DNA of 64,000 nucleotides from Clostridiales bacterium (GCA_003452915.1 DMMZ01000042.1:22482-86481); one strand, 5' to 3'. Counted from the first letter of the stretch, positions 1-10,884 are shown. Program-made: numbers and translations. The notes: generated from the sequence alone by a model not told the origin.

Positions 1-189
1 AACCTTCCGGCTGCGGTAAACGGTGCTAACGAAGCTGCGGTTGCGTTATTTTTAAATGGTAAAATAAAGTATCTTGATATTTTTGATAAGGTTCAAAGAG
101 CTTACGAAAACTCAGAATTTATTAAAAATCCCACTATTGACGACATAATGGAAACAGATAAGGCAGCAAGAGAATTTGTTAATATATAA
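1..189 (+). CDS. dxr: 1-deoxy-D-xylulose-5-phosphate reductoisomerase, C-terminal end (5' part lies outside the window)
   Basis: Frame 1 reads NLPAAVNGANEAAVALFLNGKIKYLDIFDKV...DKAAREFVNI and stops at TAA 187-189. This pattern is typical of the Dxr C-terminus. It lies in the conserved Firmicutes dxr-rseP-...-polC neighbourhood. Confidence 0.75.
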   Translation, partial: NLPAAVNGANEAAVALFLNGKIKYLDIFDKVQRAYENSEFIKNPTIDDIMETDKAAREFVNI

Positions 190-249
190 TTATTTTACCA
201 ACGATAATAATTATTACTTTAAAAAAATTCGTTGGAGAAAAAGGTATTT

Positions 250-1335
250 ATGTCAGGTATTTTATCATCAATTTCTACGATTTTAATTACAGTATTTATC
301 TTTGGCTTACTCATTTTTATTCATGAGCTGGGGCATTACATTGCAGCTCGCCGCTGCGGTGTGGGTATAATTGAATTTGCAATAGGAATGGGTCCTAAAA
401 TAATTAGCTGGGAAGGTAAAGTAAATACCTTTTCTATCCGTGCTTTTCCTATCGGCGGCTTTGTAAGCATGGTCGGAGAGTATTCCGATGAAATAGAAGA
501 AAAAGACAAGGGTAAAGTTCCTCTTGACCAAAAACCTGTATGGCAGCGTGCTATTATTGCTTTGTCAGGACCGGTTATGAATTTGGCATTAGGTTTCGTT
601 ATAATGAGCTTGCTTGTTATAACCGGAGATAATATCTATACAACAACGGTTTCAAAATTTAATGAGGGTGCAACAAGTTCTCAAAACGGACTTATGATTG
701 ATGATGAAATTATTGAAATAAACGGTAAGAATGTTTATGTTTTTACTGATATGTATTATAAAATAGCAACTGACGGAATCGAACCGCTTGATATAACAGT
801 CTTAAGAGACGGAGAAAAGGTTCAGCTATATAACGTTCAGTTTCCCACAGAGAACAATAAGGGGGTAAATTTCGGTACACTTGATTTTAAAATAAACTCT
901 GAGAAAAAAACGGTCGGTAATGTTTTGTACCAGTCCTTTTATCAGTCAATTTCATCAGTATATATGACCATAGATCAACTTGCAGATGTTATTAAAGGAC
1001 GATATGGAGTTGATGCCATATCAGGTCCTGTCGGTATCGGTAACGAGATAGGTAATGTTATTGAACAAGGAATTAAAAGTGATGAAGTAACGTTCGGTGA
1101 TACAGTCCGAACCCTTTCGACTTACCTTGTATTAATAACAATTTCACTCGGAATATTCAATTTACTGCCAATTCCCGTGCTTGACGGTGGAATGCTTCTG
1201 TTTTGTCTGATAGAGGCTATAAGGAAAAAACCGATTAATAAAAAGGTTGAACGTTCAATAAGTGCTGTTTTCATGGTACTTTTATTGACTGCTACGGTGT
1301 TGATATTCTTCAAGGATTTTATAAGTCTATTTTAG
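250..1335 (+). CDS. rseP: RIP metalloprotease RseP/YluC (M50 site-2 protease)
   Basis: HELGHY zinc motif in the first TM helix, an internal PDZ-like segment, and a C-terminal LPIPVLDGG motif. The track ORF starts at TTG 232. ATG 250 is preferred because GGAG lies 12 nt upstream. Confidence 0.9.
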   Translation: MSGILSSISTILITVFIFGLLIFIHELGHYIAARRCGVGIIEFAIGMGPKIISWEGKVNTFSIRAFPIGGFVSMVGEYSDEIEEKDKGKVPLDQKPVWQRAIIALSGPVMNLALGFVIMSLLVITGDNIYTTTVSKFNEGATSSQNGLMIDDEIIEINGKNVYVFTDMYYKIATDGIEPLDITVLRDGEKVQLYNVQFPTENNKGVNFGTLDFKINSEKKTVGNVLYQSFYQSISSVYMTIDQLADVIKGRYGVDAISGPVGIGNEIGNVIEQGIKSDEVTFGDTVRTLSTYLVLITISLGIFNLLPIPVLDGGMLLFCLIEAIRKKPINKKVERSISAVFMVLLLTATVLIFFKDFISLF

Positions 1336-1410
1336 AGGTAAATTTGAAAATAAATTTTCAAATGCGGTTTTGTGCTTTAAAAAAGAACAATTCCCGCTAT
1401 CAATTTCTCG

Positions 1411-2499
1411 TTGTTTAATATTGATAATAGGAATGGTGATTTTTTGAAACGGCGAAAATCTGATATTGTAAACATAGGAAACATTCAAATAGGCGAAACA
1501 AACCGAATTGCTGTTCAGTCGATGACAAATACGCCAACCTCTGACAGGGAAGCCACACTCAGGCAAATAAAACAGCTTGAGGAAGCAGGCTGCGATATTG
1601 TCCGATTTACTGTAAATAATATGGATGCGGTAAGGAATATAGCATATTTCCGTGAAAATACGACTATTCCGTTGGTTGCGGATATACATTTCGATTATAA
1701 ACTGGCACTTGAAGCCGCTCACGCCGGAATTTCTAAAATAAGAATAAACCCGGGAAACATTGGCAGTGACGAGAGAATAAAAAAGGTTGCCGACATTTGC
1801 AGAGAGAAAAGTATTCCGATTCGGATCGGTATAAACAGCGGTTCGCTTGAAGAAAATATTCTAATAAAATACGGTTCACCGACACCCGAGGCACTCTGTG
1901 AGAGTGCCTTAATGGCAGCTAAGACACTTGAAAGATTCGATTTTAACAATATTGTTTTATCCGTAAAGAGTTCAGATGTTATTACCATGATACAAGCCAA
2001 CAGATTGATTGCCGAGAGAAGCACATATCCTCTGCATCTCGGAGTTACCGAGACAGGCACTGCAAGATACGGAATTATCAAGTCCTCGGTAGGAATCGGT
2101 GCGTTACTTGCTGATGGAATAGGAGATACTGTACGTGTTTCGCTCACGGACGACCCTGTTAATGAGGTTAAAGCTGCAAATTATATTCTTCGTTCGTTAA
2201 AGTTAAAAAAAGGAATAAACCTTATTGCTTGTCCCACTTGCGGAAGAACCGGTATTGACCTTATTCCGATAGCTAATAAGCTTCAGGACGAGCTTGATAA
2301 GATAACCTGTGACAAACAAATTAATGTTGCATTGATGGGTTGTATTGTAAACGGTCCCGGTGAAGCCAGAGAAGCCGATGTAGGCGTTGCAGGCGGTAAG
2401 GGAGAAGCGGTTTTGTTCAGAAAAGGTGAAATTATCAGGAAAATAAACGAAAACGAAATTATAGAGATATTATTAAGCGAGATAAGGCAGTTGTTATAA
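1411..2499 (+). CDS. ispG: 4-hydroxy-3-methylbut-2-en-1-yl diphosphate synthase (flavodoxin)
   Basis: IAVQSMTNT, RINPGNIG and the CPTCGR...GCIVNGPGE Fe-S motifs. The start is uncertain: TTG 1411 or TTG 1444. Confidence 0.9.
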   Translation: MFNIDNRNGDFLKRRKSDIVNIGNIQIGETNRIAVQSMTNTPTSDREATLRQIKQLEEAGCDIVRFTVNNMDAVRNIAYFRENTTIPLVADIHFDYKLALEAAHAGISKIRINPGNIGSDERIKKVADICREKSIPIRIGINSGSLEENILIKYGSPTPEALCESALMAAKTLERFDFNNIVLSVKSSDVITMIQANRLIAERSTYPLHLGVTETGTARYGIIKSSVGIGALLADGIGDTVRVSLTDDPVNEVKAANYILRSLKLKKGINLIACPTCGRTGIDLIPIANKLQDELDKITCDKQINVALMGCIVNGPGEAREADVGVAGGKGEAVLFRKGEIIRKINENEIIEILLSEIRQLL

Positions 2500-2515
2500 A
2501 TAGAGGATACATAAA

Positions 2516-5500
2516 ATGTTGGAAGATTTTAAAAAGACGTTTAAACGCTTGAATTTAAGTTCGTCAGAAGTAGGAATACTTCAAAAAATGAACTCCTTCA
2601 AGGTTAGGATTGATAAGGATAATAAGGCGATTGAGATCGACGCAGGCTTTTTGGAGCTTGTTGATTGCAAGCGCCTTTTTGAACTTGAGGATAATATAAA
2701 ATCCACTTATGAGCTAACAAAAGTTCGTATTTTTCCGTCCTTTCCATCCTCATGTTTTAATCAAGACTGTGTAAAACGCCTTGTTGCTATAATAAAGCGT
2801 TATTTTGACAGCAGTATTGTGAACGGTTTTTTCGAGGGTTGTAAAACAGAATACAATCCCGACGAGCGCAGTTTAACTGTTTCCTTGCGAGACGGGTTAT
2901 CCGCACCACTATTGATCGAAAGCGGCGTAGACAAATTTTTTGAAGAATGTATTTCGCATCAGTTTGCGTTAAATATAAAGGTTTATCTTGAGGGACAGGT
3001 TGCCGATTATTATGAGGCTCAAGGGCTTGAAAATCTTAAAGAAGCTGCTAGTAAAGCCTACACGCAGATAAAAGAAGTAGAAACGCTTGCTGAAAAAATA
3101 AATTCCTTTGCTCCTGTGGGTGATGAGGATGAGGTTATTTTTGAAGATGAGAATAAATTCATAGTAAAGACAGGCAAGCTTAAACTTAATATGGAGAACC
3201 AGATACCTGTTTTCGGTAAAAGCAAGTATGATGACCTGATGCCGATAAGATCAATAAAAGATGGAAATACAATACGGTTTGCCGGAAAGCTGTTTGATGT
3301 TGAATCCAAGGATAATTATGATGGAAACAAGATAAACTACAAGTTTTATATGACCGATCTTGTTGCTTCGGTCATAGTCAGGGTTTCTGCAGATAAGGAC
3401 AAACCTCTTGATTTGCCGAAAGCTCCTGCATATCTTGTTATTGAAGGAAAAGCAGCATTCAACAAGTTCGACAGCGAAGTTGTTGTCAAGGCTGACTTTG
3501 TTGCAGTGGTAAAAAATATCAGCAGGAAAGATACTCATCCGACACCACGAGTGGAATTGCATTTACATACAAATATGTCTGCACTCGATGCTCTGACTGT
3601 CCCTGAGGATATAATACGTACAGCTTCCGAATGGGGAATGCCTGCTGTTGCGATTACCGACCACGGTAACCTTCAAGCCTTTCCTGAAATCATGTTAGCC
3701 TGTAAAAAGAATAAGAACGTCAAGCCCATATATGGTATGGAGGGCTATTTAGTCGATGATACCGCAAGAGCGGTTTATGAATATTCACACGAGAATAATA
3801 TTGCTTTTAAAGATGGTACTTTTATAGTTTTTGATATAGAGACAACAGGTCTTTCACCACAGAACTGCGGAATTACTCAGATCGGTGCTTTAAAATACCA
3901 TGATGGCGAAGTTATCGACCGCTTTGAGACTTTTGTCAATCCTGATATGCCTATTCCTGAGAACATAACAAATCTGACAGGCATTACCGACGACATGGTA
4001 AAGGATGCTCCCAGCCAGAAGGATGCTGTAAAGGCTTTTTTAAATTACGCAGGCGATCATATGCTTGTTGCACACAACGCACCATTTGATATCGGTTTTA
4101 TCCGCAAGGTTGCTACCGAAAATAAAATTAAATTTACTAATTCTTATCTTGATACTGTTTCCATGTCAAGATATTTGAATACTGATATTTCAAAGCATAC
4201 TCTTGATTCGCTTGCAAGGTATTTTTCTCTGGGCGAATTCGACCATCACCGTGCAGGGGATGACACCGAGATGCTTGCAAAGATTTTTGAACAGCTTATA
4301 AAAAAGTTGGCTGCAAACGGAATTGCCGACATAGATATGCTACTTGATGATATGGCACGGAATTCCGATCCGAAGAGATTAAAATATCATCATATTATTA
4401 TTTTGGTAAAAAATCTTACAGGTCTGAAAAATCTATACAAATTAGTTTCCCGTTCTTATATTGATTATTACCACCGTTTCCCCAGAATTCCCAAGACGCT
4501 TTTAAAGGATTTCAGAGATGGTTTAATTTTAGGCAGTGCCTGTGTTGACGGAGAATTGTATCAGGCAATACTTGACAACAAATCCAATGGTGATTTAATA
4601 AAAATTGCTTCCTTTTATGATTATCTGGAGATTCAGCCAAATTCAAACAACTACTTTCTTGTTGAAGAGGACAAGCTCGGTGTAGATAAAGCAGCAGCCG
4701 AAAAACAGTTATGTGCGAATGTTAAAAAGATTGTTGAGCTGGGTGAAAAGTTGAAAAAACCTGTATGTGCTACGGGCGACGTACACTTTCTTGAAGAGGA
4801 TGATGAGTTATACCGCAAGATACTGCAGTATGGAATGGGATATTCTAACTCTGACCGAAACACACGCCTTTATTTCAAGACCACACAGGAGATGCTTGAT
4901 GAGTTCGCTTTCCTTGGTACCGAAAAAGCGGAAGAGGTTGTTATTACAAACACTCGAATGATTGCCGATATGGTTGAGGTAATCAAGCCTATTCCAGATG
5001 GTGCTTTTGCACCGAAAATTGAAGGTGCAGAGGACGAGTTAGTCGATATCTGCTACAAAACCGCCAAGGAAATGTATGGCGACCCACTGCACGAAATAGT
5101 TCAAAAACGTATTGAAAAGGAATTAAGTTCAATTATAAAGAACGGTTTTGCGGTGCTTTATATTATAGCACGCAAGCTTGTAAAAAACAGCGAGGAGCAT
5201 GGCTATCTTGTAGGCTCAAGAGGGTCGGTCGGCTCGTCTTTTATAGCTACGCTTGCTGGAATTTCCGAGGTCAATCCACTACCACCGCATTATCGTTGTC
5301 CAAAGTGCAAAAACACTATTTTCTTTACTGATGGCAGTATCGGAAGCGGTTTTGATTTGGAGGACAAGGATTGCGAGGATTGCGGTGTAAAAATGCTTCA
5401 AGACGGACACGACATTCCGTTCGAGACATTTCTAGGCTTTCATGGTGAAAAAGCACCCGATATTGACCTTAACTTCTCAGGTGACGTGCAAAGAGAAGCA

Positions 5501-6874
5501 CACAAATTCACCGAGGTATTGTTCGGAAAGGAAAATATATTCCGTGCTGGAACGGTCGGTACTCTTCAGTCAAAAACCTGTTTTGGTTTTGTAAGAGATT
5601 TTCTGCAGGAAAAGAATTTGAACCTCACAAAAGCAGAGCAAAACCGTCTGGTCAGTGGAATGGTAGGCGTAAAGCGTACCACAGGGCAACACCCCGGTGG
5701 AATTATAGTTATTCCAAAGGAATATGAGATTTATGACTTTACACCGATTCAGCATCCTGCTGATAAATCAAGCAGTGGAGTTATAACAACCCACTTTGCG
5801 TTTACATATTTACACGATACTGTTTTAAAGCTCGATATTCTCGGTCATGATGCTCCGACACTATATAAAATGTTTGAGAAATATACAGGAATCGACGTAA
5901 GAACGCTACCGATGAATGATAAAAATGTAATGGAGCTTCTTCTGTCAACAGAGAGTATCGGTGTTAAGCCGAATCAGATTGGCAGTGATATTGCAACCTT
6001 CGGGCTACCCGAACTGGGAACAAAATATGTCCGACAGATGATTATTGATATAAAACCAACGAACTTTTCCGCACTAGTTCAAATTTCAGGGTTATCTCAT
6101 GGCAAAGGTATTTGGCTTGGTAACGGTGACGAACTGATTAAAAACGGAACCTGTACCATTAATGAAATAATCGGTACAAGAGACAGCATAATGAATTACC
6201 TCCTGCATAAGGATCTTGAAAGCCCAATGGCTTTTAAAATAATGGAAAGCGTGCGTAAAGGTAAAGGCGTTACTCCTGAAATGGAAGAGGCGATGAGAAA
6301 ATGCGATGTTCCTGAATGGTATATTGCCTCTTGTAAAAAGATAAATTATATGTTTCCGAAAGCACATGCTGCTGCTTATTTAATGGCTGCCTTGCGTATT
6401 GGTTGGTTCAAGGTCTATAAGCCGGTAGCTTTTTATGCAAGTTATTTTACTGTAAAGTCAGATAGTTTTGACGGTCAGCTTGTTATGGAAGGTGGTAACG
6501 CAATCCGCAAAAAGCTTGAGGAATATGAGAGTATACCCGAACAGACCGCAAAGGACGAGGATACTATCGTATTCTTGCAAATAGCTGCGGAAATGGTTGC
6601 AAGAGGTATAGAGTTTTTGCCTGTGGATATCTATAAGTCAGAGGCTTTTGCATTTGTCCCTGAGGACGGCAAGGTTCGTCTGCCACTTTGCGCATTAAAT
6701 GGGCTTGGTGAGACAGCAGCTCAGAATATCTATAATGCTATTAAGAACAGCACAGCAACCACTCTTGAGGAGTTGAAAACAGTTGCTTCCCTTAACAAGA
6801 ATGTAGTTGATTTATTATTACAGAATAACTGCCTTGGCGGACTGCCTATTTCCGATCAGATCAGTATGTTTTGA
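2516..6874 (+). CDS. polC: DNA polymerase III alpha subunit, PolC type
   Basis: 1452 aa. It has a PHP domain (ELHLHTNMS), an inserted DEDDh exonuclease (FDIETTG...HNAPFDIGF...HRAGDD) and a zinc-finger segment (CPKC...CEDCG). The reading frame is intact. Confidence 0.97.
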   Translation: MLEDFKKTFKRLNLSSSEVGILQKMNSFKVRIDKDNKAIEIDAGFLELVDCKRLFELEDNIKSTYELTKVRIFPSFPSSCFNQDCVKRLVAIIKRYFDSSIVNGFFEGCKTEYNPDERSLTVSLRDGLSAPLLIESGVDKFFEECISHQFALNIKVYLEGQVADYYEAQGLENLKEAASKAYTQIKEVETLAEKINSFAPVGDEDEVIFEDENKFIVKTGKLKLNMENQIPVFGKSKYDDLMPIRSIKDGNTIRFAGKLFDVESKDNYDGNKINYKFYMTDLVASVIVRVSADKDKPLDLPKAPAYLVIEGKAAFNKFDSEVVVKADFVAVVKNISRKDTHPTPRVELHLHTNMSALDALTVPEDIIRTASEWGMPAVAITDHGNLQAFPEIMLACKKNKNVKPIYGMEGYLVDDTARAVYEYSHENNIAFKDGTFIVFDIETTGLSPQNCGITQIGALKYHDGEVIDRFETFVNPDMPIPENITNLTGITDDMVKDAPSQKDAVKAFLNYAGDHMLVAHNAPFDIGFIRKVATENKIKFTNSYLDTVSMSRYLNTDISKHTLDSLARYFSLGEFDHHRAGDDTEMLAKIFEQLIKKLAANGIADIDMLLDDMARNSDPKRLKYHHIIILVKNLTGLKNLYKLVSRSYIDYYHRFPRIPKTLLKDFRDGLILGSACVDGELYQAILDNKSNGDLIKIASFYDYLEIQPNSNNYFLVEEDKLGVDKAAAEKQLCANVKKIVELGEKLKKPVCATGDVHFLEEDDELYRKILQYGMGYSNSDRNTRLYFKTTQEMLDEFAFLGTEKAEEVVITNTRMIADMVEVIKPIPDGAFAPKIEGAEDELVDICYKTAKEMYGDPLHEIVQKRIEKELSSIIKNGFAVLYIIARKLVKNSEEHGYLVGSRGSVGSSFIATLAGISEVNPLPPHYRCPKCKNTIFFTDGSIGSGFDLEDKDCEDCGVKMLQDGHDIPFETFLGFHGEKAPDIDLNFSGDVQREAHKFTEVLFGKENIFRAGTVGTLQSKTCFGFVRDFLQEKNLNLTKAEQNRLVSGMVGVKRTTGQHPGGIIVIPKEYEIYDFTPIQHPADKSSSGVITTHFAFTYLHDTVLKLDILGHDAPTLYKMFEKYTGIDVRTLPMNDKNVMELLLSTESIGVKPNQIGSDIATFGLPELGTKYVRQMIIDIKPTNFSALVQISGLSHGKGIWLGNGDELIKNGTCTINEIIGTRDSIMNYLLHKDLESPMAFKIMESVRKGKGVTPEMEEAMRKCDVPEWYIASCKKINYMFPKAHAAAYLMAALRIGWFKVYKPVAFYASYFTVKSDSFDGQLVMEGGNAIRKKLEEYESIPEQTAKDEDTIVFLQIAAEMVARGIEFLPVDIYKSEAFAFVPEDGKVRLPLCALNGLGETAAQNIYNAIKNSTATTLEELKTVASLNKNVVDLLLQNNCLGGLPISDQISMF

Positions 6875-6887
6875 TAATTAAATTATG

Positions 6888-6916
6888 TTGCAAAGTATAG
6901 TTGTTTGTGTTAAAAT
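6888..6916 (+). promoter_or_regulatory. Putative sigma-A promoter (TTGCAA-17-TAAAAT with TGT extended -10)
   Basis: ttgcaa at 6888-6893, a 17-nt spacer, and taaaat at 6911-6916 preceded by tgt. It lies 34 nt upstream of the 6950 start. Confidence 0.4.
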
Positions 6917-6949
6917 GCAAAATAATTAAAATTAAAGGTATTTAAAGGT

Positions 6950-7774
6950 ATGTATGATTATCATATGCACTCGTTATATTCGGGTGATATTCCAAAGGGA
7001 AAAGGAAATTCTGTAGACGAGCTGTGTGAGACAGCAATTGCAAGAGGTTTTACCGAAATTGCAATTACAGACCATTGTGACATAGACGGAATTTATTATG
7101 GGGCATTCCCGAAGCTTGATATAAACGGAGTTTACAGAGATATTTTAAGGGTAAGAGAAAAATATTTCGATAAATTGAGCTTGCTTTTCGGAATAGAAAT
7201 CGGTCAAGCAAGCCATATGCCGCTTGAAACAAATCTTTTGTTGGAGCGTTATCCTTTTGATTATGTAATCGGCTCGGTACATTCAGTCAGAGGTATAATT
7301 GATTTTGCTGAACTAAAAATAAATGAAGTAACCGATGCCGAATTGCTTTTACTCTGGGATAAATATATTTTGGAGATGAAAGAGCTTATCCATTGGGGAA
7401 ACTTTTGCACACTTGCACATATAACTTATCCGTTTCGTTATTTGAAATTTGCGGGAAGAGAAAAACTGCTTGACCTTGAAAATAAGGGCAGAGAGTTATT
7501 TGAGGAAATTTTAAAAGCAATTATACAAAAAGGTATAAGCCTTGAGGTGAATACCTCGGGTATCCGTCAGGGACTCGGTCAGACGATGCCTAATGATGAT
7601 TTAATCCGTTTTTACAAGGAACTGGGCGGTGAGATGATTACTATCGGAAGTGATGCACATTACGCTCGTGATTTAGGTGTTGATATAAAAGAAACAAGAG
7701 AAAAGCTAAAGGCTTTTGGTTTTAAATATATCACCAGATACAAAAACCGTAAACCGTTTTTAGAAAAAATGTAG
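6950..7774 (+). CDS. PHP-domain histidinol-phosphatase family protein (HisJ/YtvP-like)
   Basis: N-terminal YDYHMHS metal motif, ITDH, GSVH, and a C-terminal GSDAH motif. Confidence 0.75.
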   Translation: MYDYHMHSLYSGDIPKGKGNSVDELCETAIARGFTEIAITDHCDIDGIYYGAFPKLDINGVYRDILRVREKYFDKLSLLFGIEIGQASHMPLETNLLLERYPFDYVIGSVHSVRGIIDFAELKINEVTDAELLLLWDKYILEMKELIHWGNFCTLAHITYPFRYLKFAGREKLLDLENKGRELFEEILKAIIQKGISLEVNTSGIRQGLGQTMPNDDLIRFYKELGGEMITIGSDAHYARDLGVDIKETREKLKAFGFKYITRYKNRKPFLEKM

Positions 7775-7793
7775 AAGAAAGGCAATTTTTAAT

Positions 7794-8273
7794 ATGAAAA
7801 ACAAAATTTTAACACATCTCGAAAACGATGCAAGACTTACCCCTGTACAGCTTGCCGTTATGCTCGGAACAACAGAAGAGAAGGTTCGTGCTGTAATTGA
7901 CGAGTGTGAAGCAGAAGGCAGTATCCTTTCCTACCGAACGGTTATAAATTGGGACAAGACAGGTAAAGAAAGCGTTATTGCTCTGATCGAGCTTAAAACT
8001 ATTCCTCAAAAGGACAGGGGATTTGATTGTGTTGCTGAGAAAATCGCAAATTTCCCGGAAGTAAAAAGTGTTTATCTCATGTCGGGCGGTTTTGACCTTG
8101 CGCTAACTCTTGAGTGCAGGACGATGCGTGATGTGGCGGTATTTGTAGCGGAAAAGCTGGCGACCATTGAGGGGGTAACCTCAACGGCGACCCATTTCGT
8201 TTTACAAAAGTATAAGGATAACGATGTTATCTTTGAACCCGACACAACCGATAAGAGAGGAAATACTTGGTAA
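7794..8273 (+). CDS. Lrp/AsnC family transcriptional regulator
   Basis: N-terminal HTH (LENDARLTPVQLAVMLG) followed by an AsnC-type ligand domain. Its stop overlaps the start of the aminotransferase (TAATG). Confidence 0.85.
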   Translation: MKNKILTHLENDARLTPVQLAVMLGTTEEKVRAVIDECEAEGSILSYRTVINWDKTGKESVIALIELKTIPQKDRGFDCVAEKIANFPEVKSVYLMSGGFDLALTLECRTMRDVAVFVAEKLATIEGVTSTATHFVLQKYKDNDVIFEPDTTDKRGNTW

Positions 8274-9439
8274 TGTTTGATTATAAAGAAACTTTGTCGG
8301 ACAGGATTGTAAATATCAAGCCGTCCGGTATAAGAAAATTTTTTGACATACTGGACGAGATGAAGGATGTTGTATCGCTTACGGTAGGACAGCCTGATTT
8401 CGTTACGCCCTGGCATATCAGGGAAGCAGGTATAAAAAGTCTGGAACAGGGAAGAACCTATTATACCTCTAACAACGGTATTATGGAGATGCGTGAGGAA
8501 ATTGCAAAATATCAATCACGTCGTTTTGGGCTTGAATACTCACCGAAAAACGAAATAATTGTTACTGTCGGCGGTAGTGAAGCTATTGATATGGCAATAA
8601 GGACACTGACAAATGCAGGGGATGAAATTATTGTTCCCGAACCTTGTTTTGTTTGTTATTCTCCGCTTGTTACACTTGCCGGCGGTGTTCCTGTGCCGAT
8701 TTGTCTTAAAAAAGAAAACTCTTTTAAACTGACGGCAAAAGAATTAAAAGAAGCAATCACACCAAAAACAAAAGCACTTGTGCTTCCATTCCCCAACAAT
8801 CCTACAGGCGCTTGTATGAATAAGCGCGATCTTGAGCAGATTGCCGAGGTTATCAGAGAAACTAACATTGTTGTTATATCGGATGAAATTTATGCCGAGC
8901 TTACTTACGATGAACCGCATACTTCGATAGCAACACTTGAGGGTATGCGTGAACGAACTATAATTATCAACGGTTTTTCAAAAGCATACGCAATGACAGG
9001 TTGGAGACTTGGTTATACATTAGCTCCACAGCTTTTTACAGCACAGATGGCTAAGGTACATCAGTTCGGAATAATGTGTGCACCTACAACAAGTCAATTT
9101 GCTGCTGTTTCGGCTTTAAAGAACGGTGATGGCGATATTGAATATATGAAGGGTGAATATGATTCCAGAAGAAGATATATAATAAACCGCTTAAAAGAAA
9201 TAGGTATAGATTGTTTCATGCCGGAGGGTGCATTTTATGTATTCCCGGATATCTCGCATTATGGCATGACAAGCGAAAAATTCTGCGAACGTTTATTAAT
9301 GGAAAAAGGTGCCGCAATTGTTCCGGGAACTGCTTTTGGGGTTTGTGGAGAGGGCTTTGTCAGAATTTCCTATGCTTATTCCATTCGTCAGATTGATAAA
9401 GCACTGACACTTTTAGATGAGTTTGTAAAGAGTTTATAA
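8273..9439 (+). CDS. Pyridoxal-phosphate-dependent aminotransferase, class I/II
   Basis: NNPTG motif and the SKAYAMTGWRLGY lysine motif. Pairing with an Lrp regulator resembles the Bacillus alaR-alaT arrangement, which is an inference only. ATG 8273 is preferred over TTG 8267. Confidence 0.85.
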   Translation: MFDYKETLSDRIVNIKPSGIRKFFDILDEMKDVVSLTVGQPDFVTPWHIREAGIKSLEQGRTYYTSNNGIMEMREEIAKYQSRRFGLEYSPKNEIIVTVGGSEAIDMAIRTLTNAGDEIIVPEPCFVCYSPLVTLAGGVPVPICLKKENSFKLTAKELKEAITPKTKALVLPFPNNPTGACMNKRDLEQIAEVIRETNIVVISDEIYAELTYDEPHTSIATLEGMRERTIIINGFSKAYAMTGWRLGYTLAPQLFTAQMAKVHQFGIMCAPTTSQFAAVSALKNGDGDIEYMKGEYDSRRRYIINRLKEIGIDCFMPEGAFYVFPDISHYGMTSEKFCERLLMEKGAAIVPGTAFGVCGEGFVRISYAYSIRQIDKALTLLDEFVKSL

Positions 9440-9475
9440 ATTCGTTATATTGTTTTCGAAAGGGTATTTTCGATT

Positions 9476-10315
9476 ATGACAGAAAAAGCATATGCTAAAA
9501 TTAATCTTACTCTTGATGTTTTAAATAAGCGAGATGATGGTTATCACGAAATAAAAACAGTTATGCAGACCGTTACTCTCTGTGATATTCTTGATGTTGA
9601 GAAAGAAAAAGATATTTTAATTTATTCCGACAAGCGATTTATTCCAACAGACAAACGTAATCTTATTTTCAAGGCGTGTGAGAGGTTCTTTGAGTTTACC
9701 GAAATAAAAAGCGGTGCGAAAATTAATCTGGTCAAGCGAATTCCGGTTGCCGCAGGACTTGCAGGTGGCAGTACTGATGCGGCAGCTACTTTAAGAGCGC
9801 TAAACCGCCTGTATAAAACAAAACTCTCCGATGATGAGCTATGTAAAATAGGAGCTACCTTTGGTGCGGATATCCCTTTTTGTATTAAGGGCGGAACAGC
9901 TTTATGCGAGGGGATCGGCGAAAAAATAACCGCTTTACAGCATGTTCCGCAGATGTTTGTTGTAATTTCCATCGGCGGAGAAGGTATGTCCACCCCTGTT
10001 ATGTACGCTGATTTTGATAAAAGAACAAACCTTGCCTATATAGATAACGACGGTATGATAAATTCGATTAATAAAGGCGACAGAGAAGGAATTATTTCAA
10101 GACTCGGTAATGTATTCGAAGAAATCTGCATAGATAAAAGACCTTTTGTTTCGGTTATAAAAAAATTAATGCTCGAGAATGGTGCATTAAACGCAATTAT
10201 GAGCGGAAGCGGACCGTCGGTATTCGGTATTTTCGAAAGCAGAAAAATGGCAGTTAACTGTGCCGAAATACTTAAAGATAAAGGGTATTACGCTTTTCAT
10301 GGAACGACGGTGTAA
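9476..10315 (+). CDS. ispE: 4-diphosphocytidyl-2-C-methyl-D-erythritol kinase
   Basis: AYAKINLTLDV N-terminus, the GHMP kinase motif PVAAGLAGGSTDAAA, and C-terminal MSGSGPSVFG. Confidence 0.92.
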   Translation: MTEKAYAKINLTLDVLNKRDDGYHEIKTVMQTVTLCDILDVEKEKDILIYSDKRFIPTDKRNLIFKACERFFEFTEIKSGAKINLVKRIPVAAGLAGGSTDAAATLRALNRLYKTKLSDDELCKIGATFGADIPFCIKGGTALCEGIGEKITALQHVPQMFVVISIGGEGMSTPVMYADFDKRTNLAYIDNDGMINSINKGDREGIISRLGNVFEEICIDKRPFVSVIKKLMLENGALNAIMSGSGPSVFGIFESRKMAVNCAEILKDKGYYAFHGTTV

Positions 10316-10392
10316 TATATAAATTTCTGTTTTGTTTGCATAAAAGTAATATAATTTTATATAAATTATTTATATTTGGTTAGGTGTGTTTT

Positions 10393-10870
10393 ATGACTGA
10401 TATTTCATTAAAAGTTGTTGAAAAAACGACATTTTACAGTGGTTAAATCTTTCACACGAGTATGATGTATATGTTAAGGAACTGGTCGGAAACTTAATCC
10501 AATGGTATGATGGTAACGAAAAAGATATTGCTTTTTCTCGTTATATGAATACAAAAATTGCAAAAAAAGAAGCAATTATGGCAATAGATAGTATTGGCAC
10601 AAATTGTTTAGGCATTATTGCTTTTTCAAGAACATACAATCGGATTACATTTTTTGGTGTATCTCATAAAGCTAATTTTAATTCTGTAAGTAAATTACTT
10701 ATTGATCTTTGAGTCAATTGGATACAGATAAACAGATATCAGTGAATGTTATTAAGTGTGATGCAGAAATAATACGTAATGAGCAAAAAATATTTTCTGA
10801 TTATGGATTTGTATTCAATAGATCAGAATTTGAAAACGGTGTTCCGGTTGATAAGTTGTGCAGATTATGA
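10393..10870 (+). pseudogene. GNAT-like acetyltransferase pseudogene with two frameshifts
   Basis: ATG 10393 reads MTDISLKVVEK and then stops at 10444. The reading continues in the next frame (DILQWLNLSHEYDVYVKELV...GIIAFSR..ITFFGVSHK...LLIDL) to TGA 10710. It continues in a third frame (SQLDTDKQISVNV...FSDYGFVF..FENGVPVDKLCRL) to TGA 10868-10870. The shifts fall at the A6 run 10421-10426 and the T3 run 10708-10710. Confidence 0.5.
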
Positions 10871-10884
10871 GCAAAATACAAAAT

